Of a DNA stretch of 64,000 nt, positions 25,910 through 37,372 are shown in pieces. The position numbers and the translations under genes are program-made. How positions within the stretch are numbered: position 1 is the stretch's first letter; the number at the start of each line of letters is the position of its first letter. Origin of the DNA: Octopus bimaculoides (taxonomy: Eukaryota); assembly GCF_001194135.2 (NCBI RefSeq), contig NC_068986.1:61303055-61367054 (forward strand). The letters are read 5' to 3'. The notes beneath the pieces were generated by a model that saw nothing but the letters and a program-made list of their open reading frames with translations, was not told the DNA's origin and did not search any database.

Positions 25910-28442
25910 TATAATGCATTTGCATTTAATTGTTTTCAGATGCCTTCCATCATTACAGGATCAATGTCACTGTCACATTTGTCTAAATGCAAAGCAAAGG
26001 AAATTATATCACCATCATTAGCTTCATTATATTTCAATTGAGAGAGGGAGTTGACATGCAGAATACTTTTACCCAGAACATGCTTAACAACAAAATCGTA
26101 CTGTGATAGAATCAAACTCCATCTGGCTATTTTTTGCAAAGCATGTTGAGATACCTCTAAATCCTCCGCAAACAGGGTTTTTAAAGGCTGATGATCTGTT
26201 TCCAAATAAAACTGCTTTCCTAGAAGGAAACACTGCAGTCTATCTATGCACCATACCACTGCATAAGTTTCTCTCTCTGTGTTTGACCAATTTCATTGTA
26301 CCTGGCTAAAGGTGTGGCTTCTGAATGCTACTGGGTGCCCTTCCTAGAATAACACCCCAGCTATTGCAATTAAAGATGCATCTACAGTGAGAGTGCTCAT
26401 CTTTTCCATTGAGTATGGTTGCAAAATTGGAACCTCCGAAAGCTAAGTGATAAGCACACAGAAGGCCTTCTCTTGCTCTTTACCCCACTTAAATTCTTTA
26501 GATCTAGCTGATAAGAGCAGTTCTACTTTTTTAGCATATGCTGGGACAAATCTTCTGCAGTAATTCGTCAGACCCAATATTTTGTCAGTGTCTTCCTTCG
26601 ATTTTGGTACTTGTAATGTCCTTTAGTTTTGCTACCAATTCTGGAGATGGAGAAATACTCTCTTCAGATATGTTCATTCCCAGGAAAGTCAAATTTCTTC
26701 TTCTGAAGAATAACTTTTCTTTTTTAATGGAGAACTACATCTTGGTTAGCCTTGCAACTACTGCATTTTCTCTGCTCATCAATTTTGCTTTGCTACTAGC
26801 ATAGATGAGGATATCATCTTGGTATATCCTGACTCCTTTGGTCCCTTTTAGTAGAGTTTCCATGCAGTTCTGAAATATGCCACTTGAATTCTTAAGGCCC
26901 ATTTAAAGTCTGTTAACCAGGTAGAAACCATTGGTTGTACTAATAGTGCAAATATGCCTTGCTTCCTCTGCTATAGGTATTTGCCAATATGCATGCTTTA
27001 AATTGAGAGTGGAGAAAAATTTTGCACCTGACATACCAGTGAAGATAGTGTCAATTAGATTTTCACATGATTGTATGGGAAAAGAATAGGTGTCAATATG
27101 TGCATTTAAATGAGCCTTGTAATCGACACACATGTGAAGAGATCCATCTTTTTTCCTCAGTCATACCACAGGTGAGGCACACCTGACTCCACAGTAATCT
27201 GACGGTGTGGTGATACCCATCATTTCCAACTTCTTTAACTCATCTTTCACTTCTTTTTCCAAATGGACTGGAACACGTCTTGCTGAACTCATCATGCTAT
27301 ATCTCACATTAGAGCAGTTAACTTGGGGAACACATCCATGTTTAGATTGAAACAAAATGAACTGTCTTTAATAATATTTTTTTCCAATCAGTATGGGCAG
27401 TCTACCACAATAAATTTACATTACTCATCATTGTTGTTGAGTTTAAATGTCACTTGGATTGATCTAACATCCTTTAGATCTGAACCATCAAAAGTGGTTA
27501 ATCTATTATGGCATGATTCAATTGGGATACCTAACTGTGAAGCAAATGATTATGGGATTATCAAACAAACTACCCCAGTATCCACTTTCATATCTATGCT
27601 TCTGTTATTTATAAAACACTTGCAAAAGCCAATGTTATCTGCACTCTCATTGTTGTTCATGTTTAGCAACAAACTGTCGACAGATCTAGTCTCACTTGGA
27701 GATACATGTATGTTGTACACATAACAATTGCTTTTAGATCAGCAAAATCTTGCAAAATGCCCTAATTTGCAGCACTTATTACAATGTTTTCCATATGCTG
27801 GACACGCATGAACTTTGTGCGTATGTCCACAATTTTGACATTTCACTATGACATCACAACTGTGAGTATTCTTGTTGACATTAAAGTTTGTTGTTGTTTG
27901 TCAACTACTCACAGGCAGTGTTTCTAATTCTATGGTGGATGCAAGAGCAGCTATTTCAGTGTATTTCATTTTAGAATGACACTGTAACTGATCCAAAATT
28001 TTAAACTTTATCTCTGCCAATGACAATCCAACGATGAAAATGAGTTTCGTGAGTTCCTCTTCTGAATTTTCTTTCAACCTATTCAAGTGACAGAAGAAAG
28101 CTTGAGAATTAATCCTAAAGAGAAAGTTATTGATTGACTCATCTTCTAGTTGTTCTAGTTCTAATAATTTTAATCTGTCCACAATTAACAGTCTCTCTTT
28201 GGCTTTATTAGTTGTTGCAATGAATTCATTATTTGTTGGTATGTTGCATTCTGAAGACTTACCAGGAAAAGAACATCTTTTAACTTCGTTATGCCTTCAA
28301 CTTCACAGGTAGAAAGAAATGTTGGCTTCTTTTTGACATCTTCAACATTGTCACATTCAGTTTTTGTTTTGAACTGTATCAGCCAGGCATTAGCTTCTTC
28401 CAAGTTGTTCAAGTTTAAATGTTGCCATACGTTGTGCTTCAC

Positions 28443-28672
28443 TCTTATAGAAAATATGTTGAATGTTCATAACTGATTACACAGCTGCTTTCCAAGTGCC
28501 ACACTGTACAGTTCCTTAGCATCCCCTCATGTGTAGCAGTATCGCTCCTTTTATGGTTGCCAGCTCATTCATCTTTTATTTCATGATTTTCACATGATTG
28601 CACAAGACTTCCCTTGAAAGTTCTTTATATATATCAGGATACCAAAATCAGCAACCCATTGCAACTATCACA
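28443..28672 (-). repeat. 5' LTR
   Basis: Direct repeat of 24212-24479, with many substitutions (old insertion). Confidence 0.9.
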
Positions 28673-28700
28673 GTATTCTTTCATTTAGCCTTATGATTGT

Positions 28701-28746
<46 letters not shown>

Positions 28747-28942
28747 TGTGTGTGTATATGTGTGTGTATGCATGCACTCGTGCATGCATACATGCATTTA
28801 TGCACATATGCTTGTACGTATGTATATACATATGTATGCAAGAGAAAGAGCATGCATATGTGCATGTTTGTGTGAGTCTGTAAGCCTTGAAATGTAGAGG
28901 ATTTATAAAAGGCTGGAAAGAAGTAAGGTGACCATGCTTTAA

Positions 28943-29159
28943 CCCTTTAGCATTCAGATTATTCTGTCAACTGTAATTCTTATATACTCACGTTGTTTTG
29001 AACTAATGCATTATCTTGTAGCTTCAAGATTTCAATGATGTGATAGCTTATTTTTAGAATGATATTATAGGATAGGTTTGAAAGACCAGATCTGGCCTGT
29101 TTGAACATAAAATATAAAGAATATTTGGGCCTGATATGGCTTGTTTAGATGTTAAATGG
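28943..29159. mobile_element. piggyBac-like MITE
   Basis: TTAA|CCCTTTAGCATT ... GATGTTAAATGG|TTAA. A matching right end AAATGCTAAAGAG|TTAA also occurs at about 40670-40685. Confidence 0.7.
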
Positions 29160-29392
29160 TTAATGTGCATGAACAACAGAGTATAAATGATGTGTATGAA
29201 GGATGTCTGTTGCATAAAGCAGTTCTATTTCTTTAAAGTGGATGGAACCTGCGGAAGAAAAAAATTAAGGAAGCAATGGGAAGAAATAGTAAAGACCTTT
29301 CTCCCATACAATTTCTATACAAAATCTTTAATAAAAAAAGATAAAACTTGAAAAGTCGTCTCTTTAACAATATATTTGAAACATTTACAACA

Positions 29393-29541
29393 GGAGTCGC
29401 TGTGTGGTAAGTAGCTTGCTTAACAACCACATAGTCCCGGGTTCAGTCCCACTGTGTGGTGCCTAGTGTCTTCTACTATAGTCTTGAGCTGACCAAAGCC
29501 TTGTGAGTGGATTTGGTAGACAGAAACTGAAAGAAGCCTGT
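29393..29541 (+). mobile_element. SINE (family 2) 5' half, split by RTE copy C; 3' half at 33526-33755
   Basis: The head and core end at GAAAGAAGCCTGTC. After the RTE the sequence resumes with microsatellite + CCACCATCGCTTGACAAC..GATAGAATAAGTACTAGG, as in the intact copy at 6562-6945. Confidence 0.8.
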
Positions 29542-32500
29542 CTGCTGCTGTTCTCCATCCCAGGGTCTCACGGGCCCATACCTCCCACACCCTCAGGGTT
29601 GGCACTCTCAACGTCGGCACACTGAAAGGTAGGTCTGGTGAGATTGTTGAGATGCTTGAATGGAGATGTGTCGATATGTGCTGCTTCCAAGAAGTAAGGT
29701 GGAGAGGAGGTTCCACTAGGTTCCTCACAGGCAAAGAACGCAGGTACAAGGTTTTCTGGGCAAGGAACACAGACGGGGTTGGGGGCATGGGTATACTTCT
29801 TGTGGAGAAATCGGTGGATATAGTAATCACGGTAGTCAGAGTATGCAATAGAATACTTGAGATTAAATTAGTCCTTCATCATGGGTTAGCAACCATTATC
29901 TCAGCCTATGCCCCTCAGCTGGGGCTACTCGATAGACAGAAAGACCAATTTTATGACACCCTTTTGCAGACTACCTCACTGACGAATAACAGGGACCTTC
30001 TCTTTGTGGCAGGTGACTTTAATGGATATGTTTGACAACATACAGGGGACTTCCATGGCGTACACGGAGGCTCTGGTTTTGGTTTATGCAAATGAGGAGG
30101 GAACCAGGCTGCTGGAGTTCTGTATGTAAATGATCGTATAGTTTGCAATACTAACTTCAGGAAACCTGCCAGTCACCTAGTCACCTAACATTCTGGCAGA
30201 CACACTAGCCAAATCGACTAGCCAAAGGGAAAGATGGCTGCTAATAAATGCCAAAACCTTCTCAGGTGAAGAATGTACCCCACAACATAGACTGGTAGTT
30301 AGTGACTTCAGGATCAGGGCTAAGTGGATACTCAGAAGACGACAAGCATGGATGAGAAGGGTCTGGAAGCTTAATGATCCGGCGAATGGACAGAGATTTA
30401 GAGACATATTACTCGAAGCCTTTGACGAAATAGAAGGGTATATAGCTTCACAAGATGTAGAAGACAACTGGAGGTTTCTACGGGACAATTTGCTGAGGGC
30501 CACTGACCAGATCTGTGGATGGTGCAAAGTCCCCTCTCGACCCAAAATATTGTGGTGGTGGAACAATGTTGTTGACAGGGCTATTAGACAAAAAAAACAA
30601 GCTTGGAAGGACTGGAAGAATGGTGGCAGCAGCGAATTGTATCAGACTGCCAGAAGGGAAGCTAAGAGACAGGTTTATTTAGCCAGAGGGGAAGGAGATA
30701 AGAAAAAATTTGCCAATGTTCTGCACCGTGAGGACTAAAGGCTTGAGGTATTTCGTGTTGCAAGACAGTGTGTGAGAGAGAATTGTGATGTCATGGGAGA
30801 GAAATGTGTCCGCATGGATGATGGTTCACTTGCACTAAACAAGGCTGTAAAGAGAGAGGTTTGGAGACACCACTATGAAAGGTTGCTCAATAAAGAAAAT
30901 GAATGGGAGAAAGAGAGTTTGCTGAATGTTGACCCAACAGAGGGACCAGCTATTTGAGTTGACAGTACCTTGGTAGATAAAACAATTAGGAGTATCAAGA
31001 CAGGGAAAGCCCCTGGCCCATCAGGAATCACTGCAGAGGGGCTCAAAATATCTGGCAGTGTCAGCTATATCCTAGTCACCCATATAGTTAACCAGGTGAT
31101 ACACGAAGGAGTCATATCAATGACTGGTGTAGCAGCACCATAGTCAACTGCTACAAAGGTAAAGGTGACACTTTAGACACAAACAATTACAGAGGTATCA
31201 AGTTGCTGGATCAGGTAATGAAAGTCACGGTGAGGTTCATAGCCCAACTAATTAGGGAGAGAGTCAGTTTAGATGGGATGCAGTTTGGGTTCGTGCCAGG
31301 GAAAAGCACCACTGATGCTATATTTCTGGTAAGACAGCTGCAGGAGAAATACCTAGGCAAAGATAAACCTCCGTACCTGGCTTTCAATGACATGGAGAAA
31401 GCCTTTGACAGGGTCCCCCAATCCCTAATCTGGTGGTCAATGAGGAAAATAGGGATTGATGAATGGTTAGTGACAGCTGTGCGAGCCATGTTCAGGGATG
31501 CTGTCAGTAAGGTGAGGGTTGGCAACGAGTACAGTGAAGAATTCCGGGCAGAGATAAGGGTCCACCAAGGTTCAGTTCTCAGCCCCCTCCAATTTATCAT
31601 AGTCCTCCAGGCAATAACACAGGAATTCAAGACAGGATGCCCCTGGGAGTTCCTCTATGCTGACAACCTTGCTCTAATTGCTGAGTCACTATCAGAACTA
31701 GAGGATAAGTTTCAGGTGTGGAAACAAGGATTAGAATCGAAGGGCCTTAGAGTCAACCTAGCTAAAACCAAAGTCCTAATAAGTAGGAAGGTAGATCTGT
31801 AGAAAAGGCATAGGTAGAAACTCTATAAGATGTATCCAGTGTAAGCTATGGACACATAAGAGGTGCAGCAATATCAAAAGAAGGCTAACTGGGAAGAAGA
31901 TAGTTTTTGTATGTGGCAGATGCTGAGGAGCAATAAACATGGCAAATGTGCAGTACACAACCTTTGCCACATTCCAGGGAGAAAAACTAGAAGCAGTTGA
32001 TAGCTTCCGTTCCCTAGGTGACCAAGTCAGTAGTGGGGGAGGGTGCGCTGAAAGTGTAGCTGCTAGAATAAGAATAACCTGGGCAAAGTTCAGAGAGCTC
32101 TTACCTCTGCTGGTGACAAAGGGTCTCTTGCTCAGAATAAAAGGCAGACTGTATGTCGCTTGTATACGAACAGCCATGCAACATGGCAGTGAAACATGGG
32201 CCATGACTGCTGAGGACATGCATAAGATAGCAAGGAATGAAGCCAGTATGATCCGATGGATGTGTAATGTCAGTGTGCATACTCGACAGAGTGTAAGTAC
32301 CTTGAGAGAAAAGTTGGACCTAGGAGGCATCAGGTGTGGTGTGCATGAGAGACGACTGCGCTGGTATGGTCATGTGGCGAGAATGGATGAGGATAGCTGT
32401 GTGAAAAAGGGCCACACGCTAGCGGTTGTGGGAACCTGTGGAAGAGGTAGACCCAAGAAGNNNNNNNNNNGGCCACACGCTAGCGGTTGTGGGAACCTGT

Positions 32501-33228
32501 GGAAGAGGTAGACCCAAGAAGACTGGGATGAGGTGGTGAAGCACAACCTTCGAACATTAGGCCTCACCGTGGCAATGACTAGTGTGCGAGACCTTTGGAA
32601 ATATGCTGTGCATGAGAAGACCCGGTAAGCCAAGTTAGATCATAACCCGTGGCCTATGCCAGGGGTGTAACCAGCCCACTTATGTGTATCTTTCCTTCAT
32701 TGGACACTACACTCTCCTTGTGGAGATCTGTTGATACAAGTGAAATCGAAATCGAATCAAATTCGATGACTGGCACCCGTGCCAGTAGAGCGCTAAGAGC
32801 ACCATCCGAGCCCGATCGTTGCCAGAGCAGCTGTCTTGCTTTTGTGCTGGTGGCACGTAAAAAGCACTATTTGAGCGTGATTATTACCAGCGTCGCCTTA
32901 CCGGCACTTGTGCCGGTGGTACGTGAAAAAACATTCGAGCAAGGTCTTTGCCAGTGCCGCTGGATTGGCTCCTGTGCAGGTGGCATGAAAAATACACCAT
33001 TTGAGCATGGCTGTTGCCAGTACCGTACGACTGGCCCTTGTACCGGTGGCACATAAAAGCACCCACTACACTCTCGGAGTGGTTGGCATTAGAAAGGGCA
33101 TCCTGCTGTAGAAACTCTGCCAGATCAGATTGGAGCCTGGTGCAGCCATCTGGTTTGCCAGTCCTCAGTCAAATCGTCCAACCCATGCTAGCATGGAAAG
33201 TAGACGTTAAACAATGATGATGATGATA
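29542..33228 (+). mobile_element. RTE LINE copy C, near full length, disabled
   Basis: CFQEVRWRG, AGDFNG, KAFDRVP and LYADNL motifs, 3' UTR and (GAT)n tail. A second 3' UTR copy follows at 33239-33522. Confidence 0.95.
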
Positions 33229-33525
33229 NNNNNNNNNNGTGGTCATTGCCAGTGCCGCTGGACTGGCTCCCATGCAAGTAGCATATAAAAAACACCTTTT
33301 GAGCGTTGTCGCTGCCAGAACCATCTGGCTGGCCCTCGTGCCAGTTTCACGTAAAAGTACCCACTACACTCTTGGAGTGGTTGGCATTAGGAAGAGCATC
33401 CAGCTGTAGAAACTTTGCCAGATCAGATTGAGCTTGGTGCAGCCTCTGGCTCACCAGTCCTCAGTCAAACCTTCCAACCCATGCTAGCATGGAAAGTAGA
33501 CGTTAAACAATGATGATGATGATAT

Positions 33526-33755
33526 ATAGATATATGCATGTATGTATTTGTGTGTTTGTGTTGGTCTCCCCACCATCGCTTGACAACTGATGTTGGTGTG
33601 TTTACGCCCCCATAACTTAGTGGTTTGGCAAAAGAGACCGATAGAATAAGTACTAGGTTTACAAAGAATAAGTCATGGGGTCAAATTGTTTGACTAAAGG
33701 CAGTGCTCCAGCAAAACTGCAGTCAAATAACTGAAACAAATAAAATAATAAAAGT
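33526..33755 (+). mobile_element. SINE (family 2) 3' half
   Basis: Homologous to 6740-6945. Confidence 0.75.
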
Positions 33756-33847
33756 ATACTAGTTCTTATACATATACATACATGTAAACATATTCTTACA
33801 TATGAACTATATGAAATCATATTATTTATTCACTTAAAGTGTCAATA

Positions 33848-33891
<44 letters not shown>

Positions 33892-34420
33892 ACATGTGTG
33901 TGTGTGTGCGTGTGTGTGTATGTGTGTGCATGTGTGTATGTGCATGTTGACTTAGTAGCTAGAAAGCAAATAGACAGTGATACTTTGCAATTGTGTGTCC
34001 TTTGAAAAAGAAGTTGGAAAAATACAGAGAAAAAAAACAGATTCAGTTTTGTGAAACTTTCCATTTGCTCTCAAGTTAAAGATTTCCAAATCTCAAAGGA
34101 AAGTCTCAGCACACATGTTCAACATTAACTTGAAAAATAACTAGTATCATATGAAAATTAAATAAAAATTTTCAGAAGGAAACAAGAACAAAAATAATAT
34201 TGTTTTCTTTTAATATTAATAATAAAGGTAGATTTTAGATTTCTGGCCAACACAGGATTTTAACTTTGTTAGGAAAGAATATATTTAAATAAATTAATAA
34301 TAGTATATGAAACTGACATAGTACCTACTTTAAAAAAAAATAACAGAGGGTGAACTGGTAAGATTTAAACTCTTAAAGTAGAGAAATGGCATTTGTTCCA
34401 AGACCATGATTTCTGTTTAG

Positions 34421-34442
34421 CACCTTTATTCATTATAAATCA
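34421..34442 (+). CDS. weaker optional micro-exon (22 nt): (L)TFIHYKS
   Basis: GATTTCTGTTTAG|exon|GTAAAT. Frame is preserved only if it is spliced together with 35512-35516. Confidence 0.25.
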
Positions 34443-35511
34443 GTAAATTATACTGGCAATAGAACACAAATATCAGAGAGAAAAAAAAAACAGTATTCTT
34501 TGAACAAAGTCTTTTGTGGGAGCAAAATTCTTTACACACGTTACCATTACTTCTTTGGTACTGTTACCATTAGAAACATGTAACTCATTTCAATATATAT
34601 TTCAATATACCTTTCAGTATATATATAAAAAAAAAATTGATTTGCATATCCATGAGTCCAAACATCACCACTATTCTCATTCTGTTTGTACCCCTGCATA
34701 AGGCATATAATTCTTCTCACTCCAGTTTTCCTGACTGACATAAAACTTGTTCTACTCCCTACTTCAGAGTAGAGTGATTAATAGTAAGGGATTAACTGTC
34801 AGTACTAATTGCAACTCCTTTTTTAAATGCAGCCAGCACTTTATTAACTTCTGGTCTTATACACAAATTACTAAGCTAATCATGCATTAATGGACATATC
34901 TAGTTATAAAAATTCAAGTAATTGAGATAATCATTTGATACAAGAAAGACTTACTATAGAAAGATTATAATAATACACTTAAATTAAGGACAAACATAGG
35001 ATAGAAAGGATATAATAAAAATTAAAACACCAACACTATTATGTTTTCCTCTTCTATGTTAACCTCATAAGTGCAAAAATATATACACAAAAACAATCAT
35101 TTAATAGCCACTATTTAAAATTTATGTGATAATTAATTTTCTAAAGACTCACTTATTGAAATGAATTTTCCAAGAATCACTTATTTATGCACACTACCAA
35201 TTTCCTATGAATCACTCCAATTGATATATTCAAAGTAATCAAAATTAAGATTATATTTTTAAGAGCATATTAACAAGTATACTAGGTAACCAAAGAATTT
35301 TTGAAGCCTAAAAATGATTTCAACATGCTTTCTGATCATATGTTCTCATTAACTTAGGTCAATCCCAGCAACACTAAATTTGTTAGTCTGCACATAAATT
35401 ATGTCATATGCTGCATGGTGTATAATTAATGTCAACAAAAAAAATGTTTGGTGAGATGAATGCATTAAAAATCCTACAACAAAACAAATTTTAATTTCTT
35501 TTCATTATCAG

Positions 35512-35516
35512 AATAG
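35512..35516 (+). CDS. optional 5-nt micro-exon candidate (AATAG)
   Basis: TTAATTTCTTTTCATTATCAG|AATAG|GTAACT. Frame is preserved only together with 34421-34442. Confidence 0.25.
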
Positions 35517-36379
35517 GTAACTTGTTAAGTCGTGATACTTAATGTGAATATCTTCACAACAAACCAACTTAGCTCTGGATAATTTTTGTTCAACTATCAC
35601 CATAAAATAAACAAATTAGATGTTCCATAAATTTGCCTGAATATGTTTATTTTTCACTTAAAATGCTCAGATTAAAGTAAAAGAGACAAAAGGATTTGTT
35701 TTAAAGGGCAGTAGTCAAATGAGGGAAAGAAAAAGAAATTAGCAAACAAGGTTTCAATGTCCAAACATTAAAGATAACAGCACAATTGTAAGCATATTAT
35801 AATATACTTTCTAGTTGATAACAGAATGTAAAGAACAGGGATCATTTTAATAGTTACTGTAATAACAGAATTTTAAAGCAGTTTCCTACTAATTTCTTTT
35901 CAATAATTTCAAAAATGAAAAAAACTTCTTTTAATATGAGTAAGCAGTAACTTTTCAAAGATGCCATTGTAATGGCTTCAAATTTTTTTTAAACATAAGG
36001 GTATTATTTCCTAACCTCAAAAACAGAATGTGCGTTTATTTTGATTGCTGTTTTGGTTTCAAATGTATCTCAACTGTATCCCTTTGCAACTCACCACTTA
36101 GATTCTGTTTTTCCATAAATTATTCACGTTACCTTTCTAAGCACAAAATTAGTCACATAACATTTTATTTATCCAACCAGTACACTCTTAAAGCAGGCTA
36201 TAAGAACTCAGGCTTTTTTTTTTCTGGAGAACTAACTAATATATGAAAATTAACTAAATAATAAATTAAATGACTTTTGACATCTTTGCATGTAACTTCA
36301 AGTAATAACAGTTTTTAGCATCTACAATTCGTCAGTAGTAATTTTAAATTTAGTTTTAGTCTACTGTCAAGCCAACTAT

Positions 36380-36668
36380 CACTCACTAGCAAGTATGGTT
36401 TGGCACCATATATCATACTTTCTCTAATTGTTACAGGTGCCTATGTAGTCACAAGCAAACTTAGACATCATGTCAGCCCCATCTAGGATTTGACAGCTAA
36501 AGTGAGCAGGGAATGGCTTTGCCAACACCCAGGTGGTACTCAGCTAAGTATGATGGAACAATGTGAAACAAAGTACCTTGCTCAAAGACACAATCAGCCT
36601 GATCCAGGATTTAAATCTATGACTTTATGATCATCAGTCAAATATCAAACCACTAGGCCACGTGCCTC
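36380..36668 (-). mobile_element. tRNA-derived SINE with CORE-like segment (family 3)
   Basis: The reverse complement begins TGGAGGCACGTGGCCTAGTGGTT (A box) and contains GTCTTTGAGCAAGGTACTT. Confidence 0.7.
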
Positions 36669-36964
36669 CACAATTTTAGTCTCTCCTTCCCCCCCACCTC
36701 TCTCTCTCTCTCTTGCCTCATCTTCGAAACACCTAGTTTAGAATAGAGGCAGCTGATGAAGGAAAAGTTCCATAAGTGGCTCATCTGTTTTCCTATGTGT
36801 TCATTCTGTTGTCCGTAAAAAAAGTCCATTTTTTTTGCGCTTTGTTTATGTTCCCATTCCTTTTTTGACGTCCTGTACCCGGATATGCATCTATATATAC
36901 ATGTAGATGTAGGTATGTACATATATGTATGTATACATGCATATGCTCACATATCATTTGTATC

Positions 36965-37000
<36 letters not shown>

Positions 37001-37003
<3 letters not shown>

Positions 37004-37180
37004 GAGAATATACAAATAATAACAACAGACGAGGACAGGTGGTGTAAATAACAAAAGTATATATTAGTATGACGCTCGGGAATACGGAAAGTCTTTGACG
37101 TTTCAAGCTACGCTCTTCAACAGAAAGAATACGGAGACAAGGAGAAAAACACGGAGAAAAAAAATTGGGAGAAAAAAAAT
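37001..37180 (-). mobile_element. Penelope-like terminal-repeat fragment next to (TA)n; a similar relic lies at about 36720-36890
   Basis: The reverse complement contains CTGTTGAAGAGCGTAGCTTGAAACGTC, resembling the CTGAnGA...GAAAC motif of PLE pseudo-LTRs. Confidence 0.5.
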
Positions 37181-37290
37181 TGATATATATATATAGTAGT
37201 AAGGGTGCACACTTGACAAAAGTGCAATATTATTATATGATATTCATTTATCAAATTTATCAATTTTTTCATTTTTTATTATTTCTCCAG

Positions 37291-37297
37291 ATCATTG
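37291..37297 (+). CDS. candidate 7-nt micro-exon E5 (ATCATTG)
   Basis: TTTTTTCATTTTTTATTATTTCTCCAG|ATCATTG|GTAAGG: very strong acceptor and donor. Confidence 0.55.
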
Positions 37298-37372
37298 GTA
37301 AGGCACAGATGAATAAATAGATGGTAACAGACAGACATTTTAAACCAATGATCAATAAGTGCATCATCATGA

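Larger units (their letters stand above)
24212..28672 (-). mobile_element. full-length decayed Ty3/Gypsy (Mag-like) LTR retrotransposon
   Basis: Two LTRs and a 5-bp TSD GTATT (24207-24211, 28673-28677); PPT AAGGAGGAA next to the 3' LTR. Gag relic, RT (HAYWQIP, IYQDDILI), RNase H (DAS, ETDHQPL) and integrase (NGPEF, SNGAAERAVQTVK) occur in Gypsy order. Confidence 0.92.

Noticed and set aside
32780-33080. Regularly spaced palindromic repeats resembling a CRISPR array
   Set aside because: The units are degenerate, the spacers are mutually similar, there are no cas genes, and the array is the 3' UTR of a eukaryotic LINE.
34768-34783. 16-nt segment with good acceptor and GTAAGG donor
   Set aside because: Every combination I tried with neighbouring candidates introduces a stop. 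It is noted because it shows that such signals can occur by chance.
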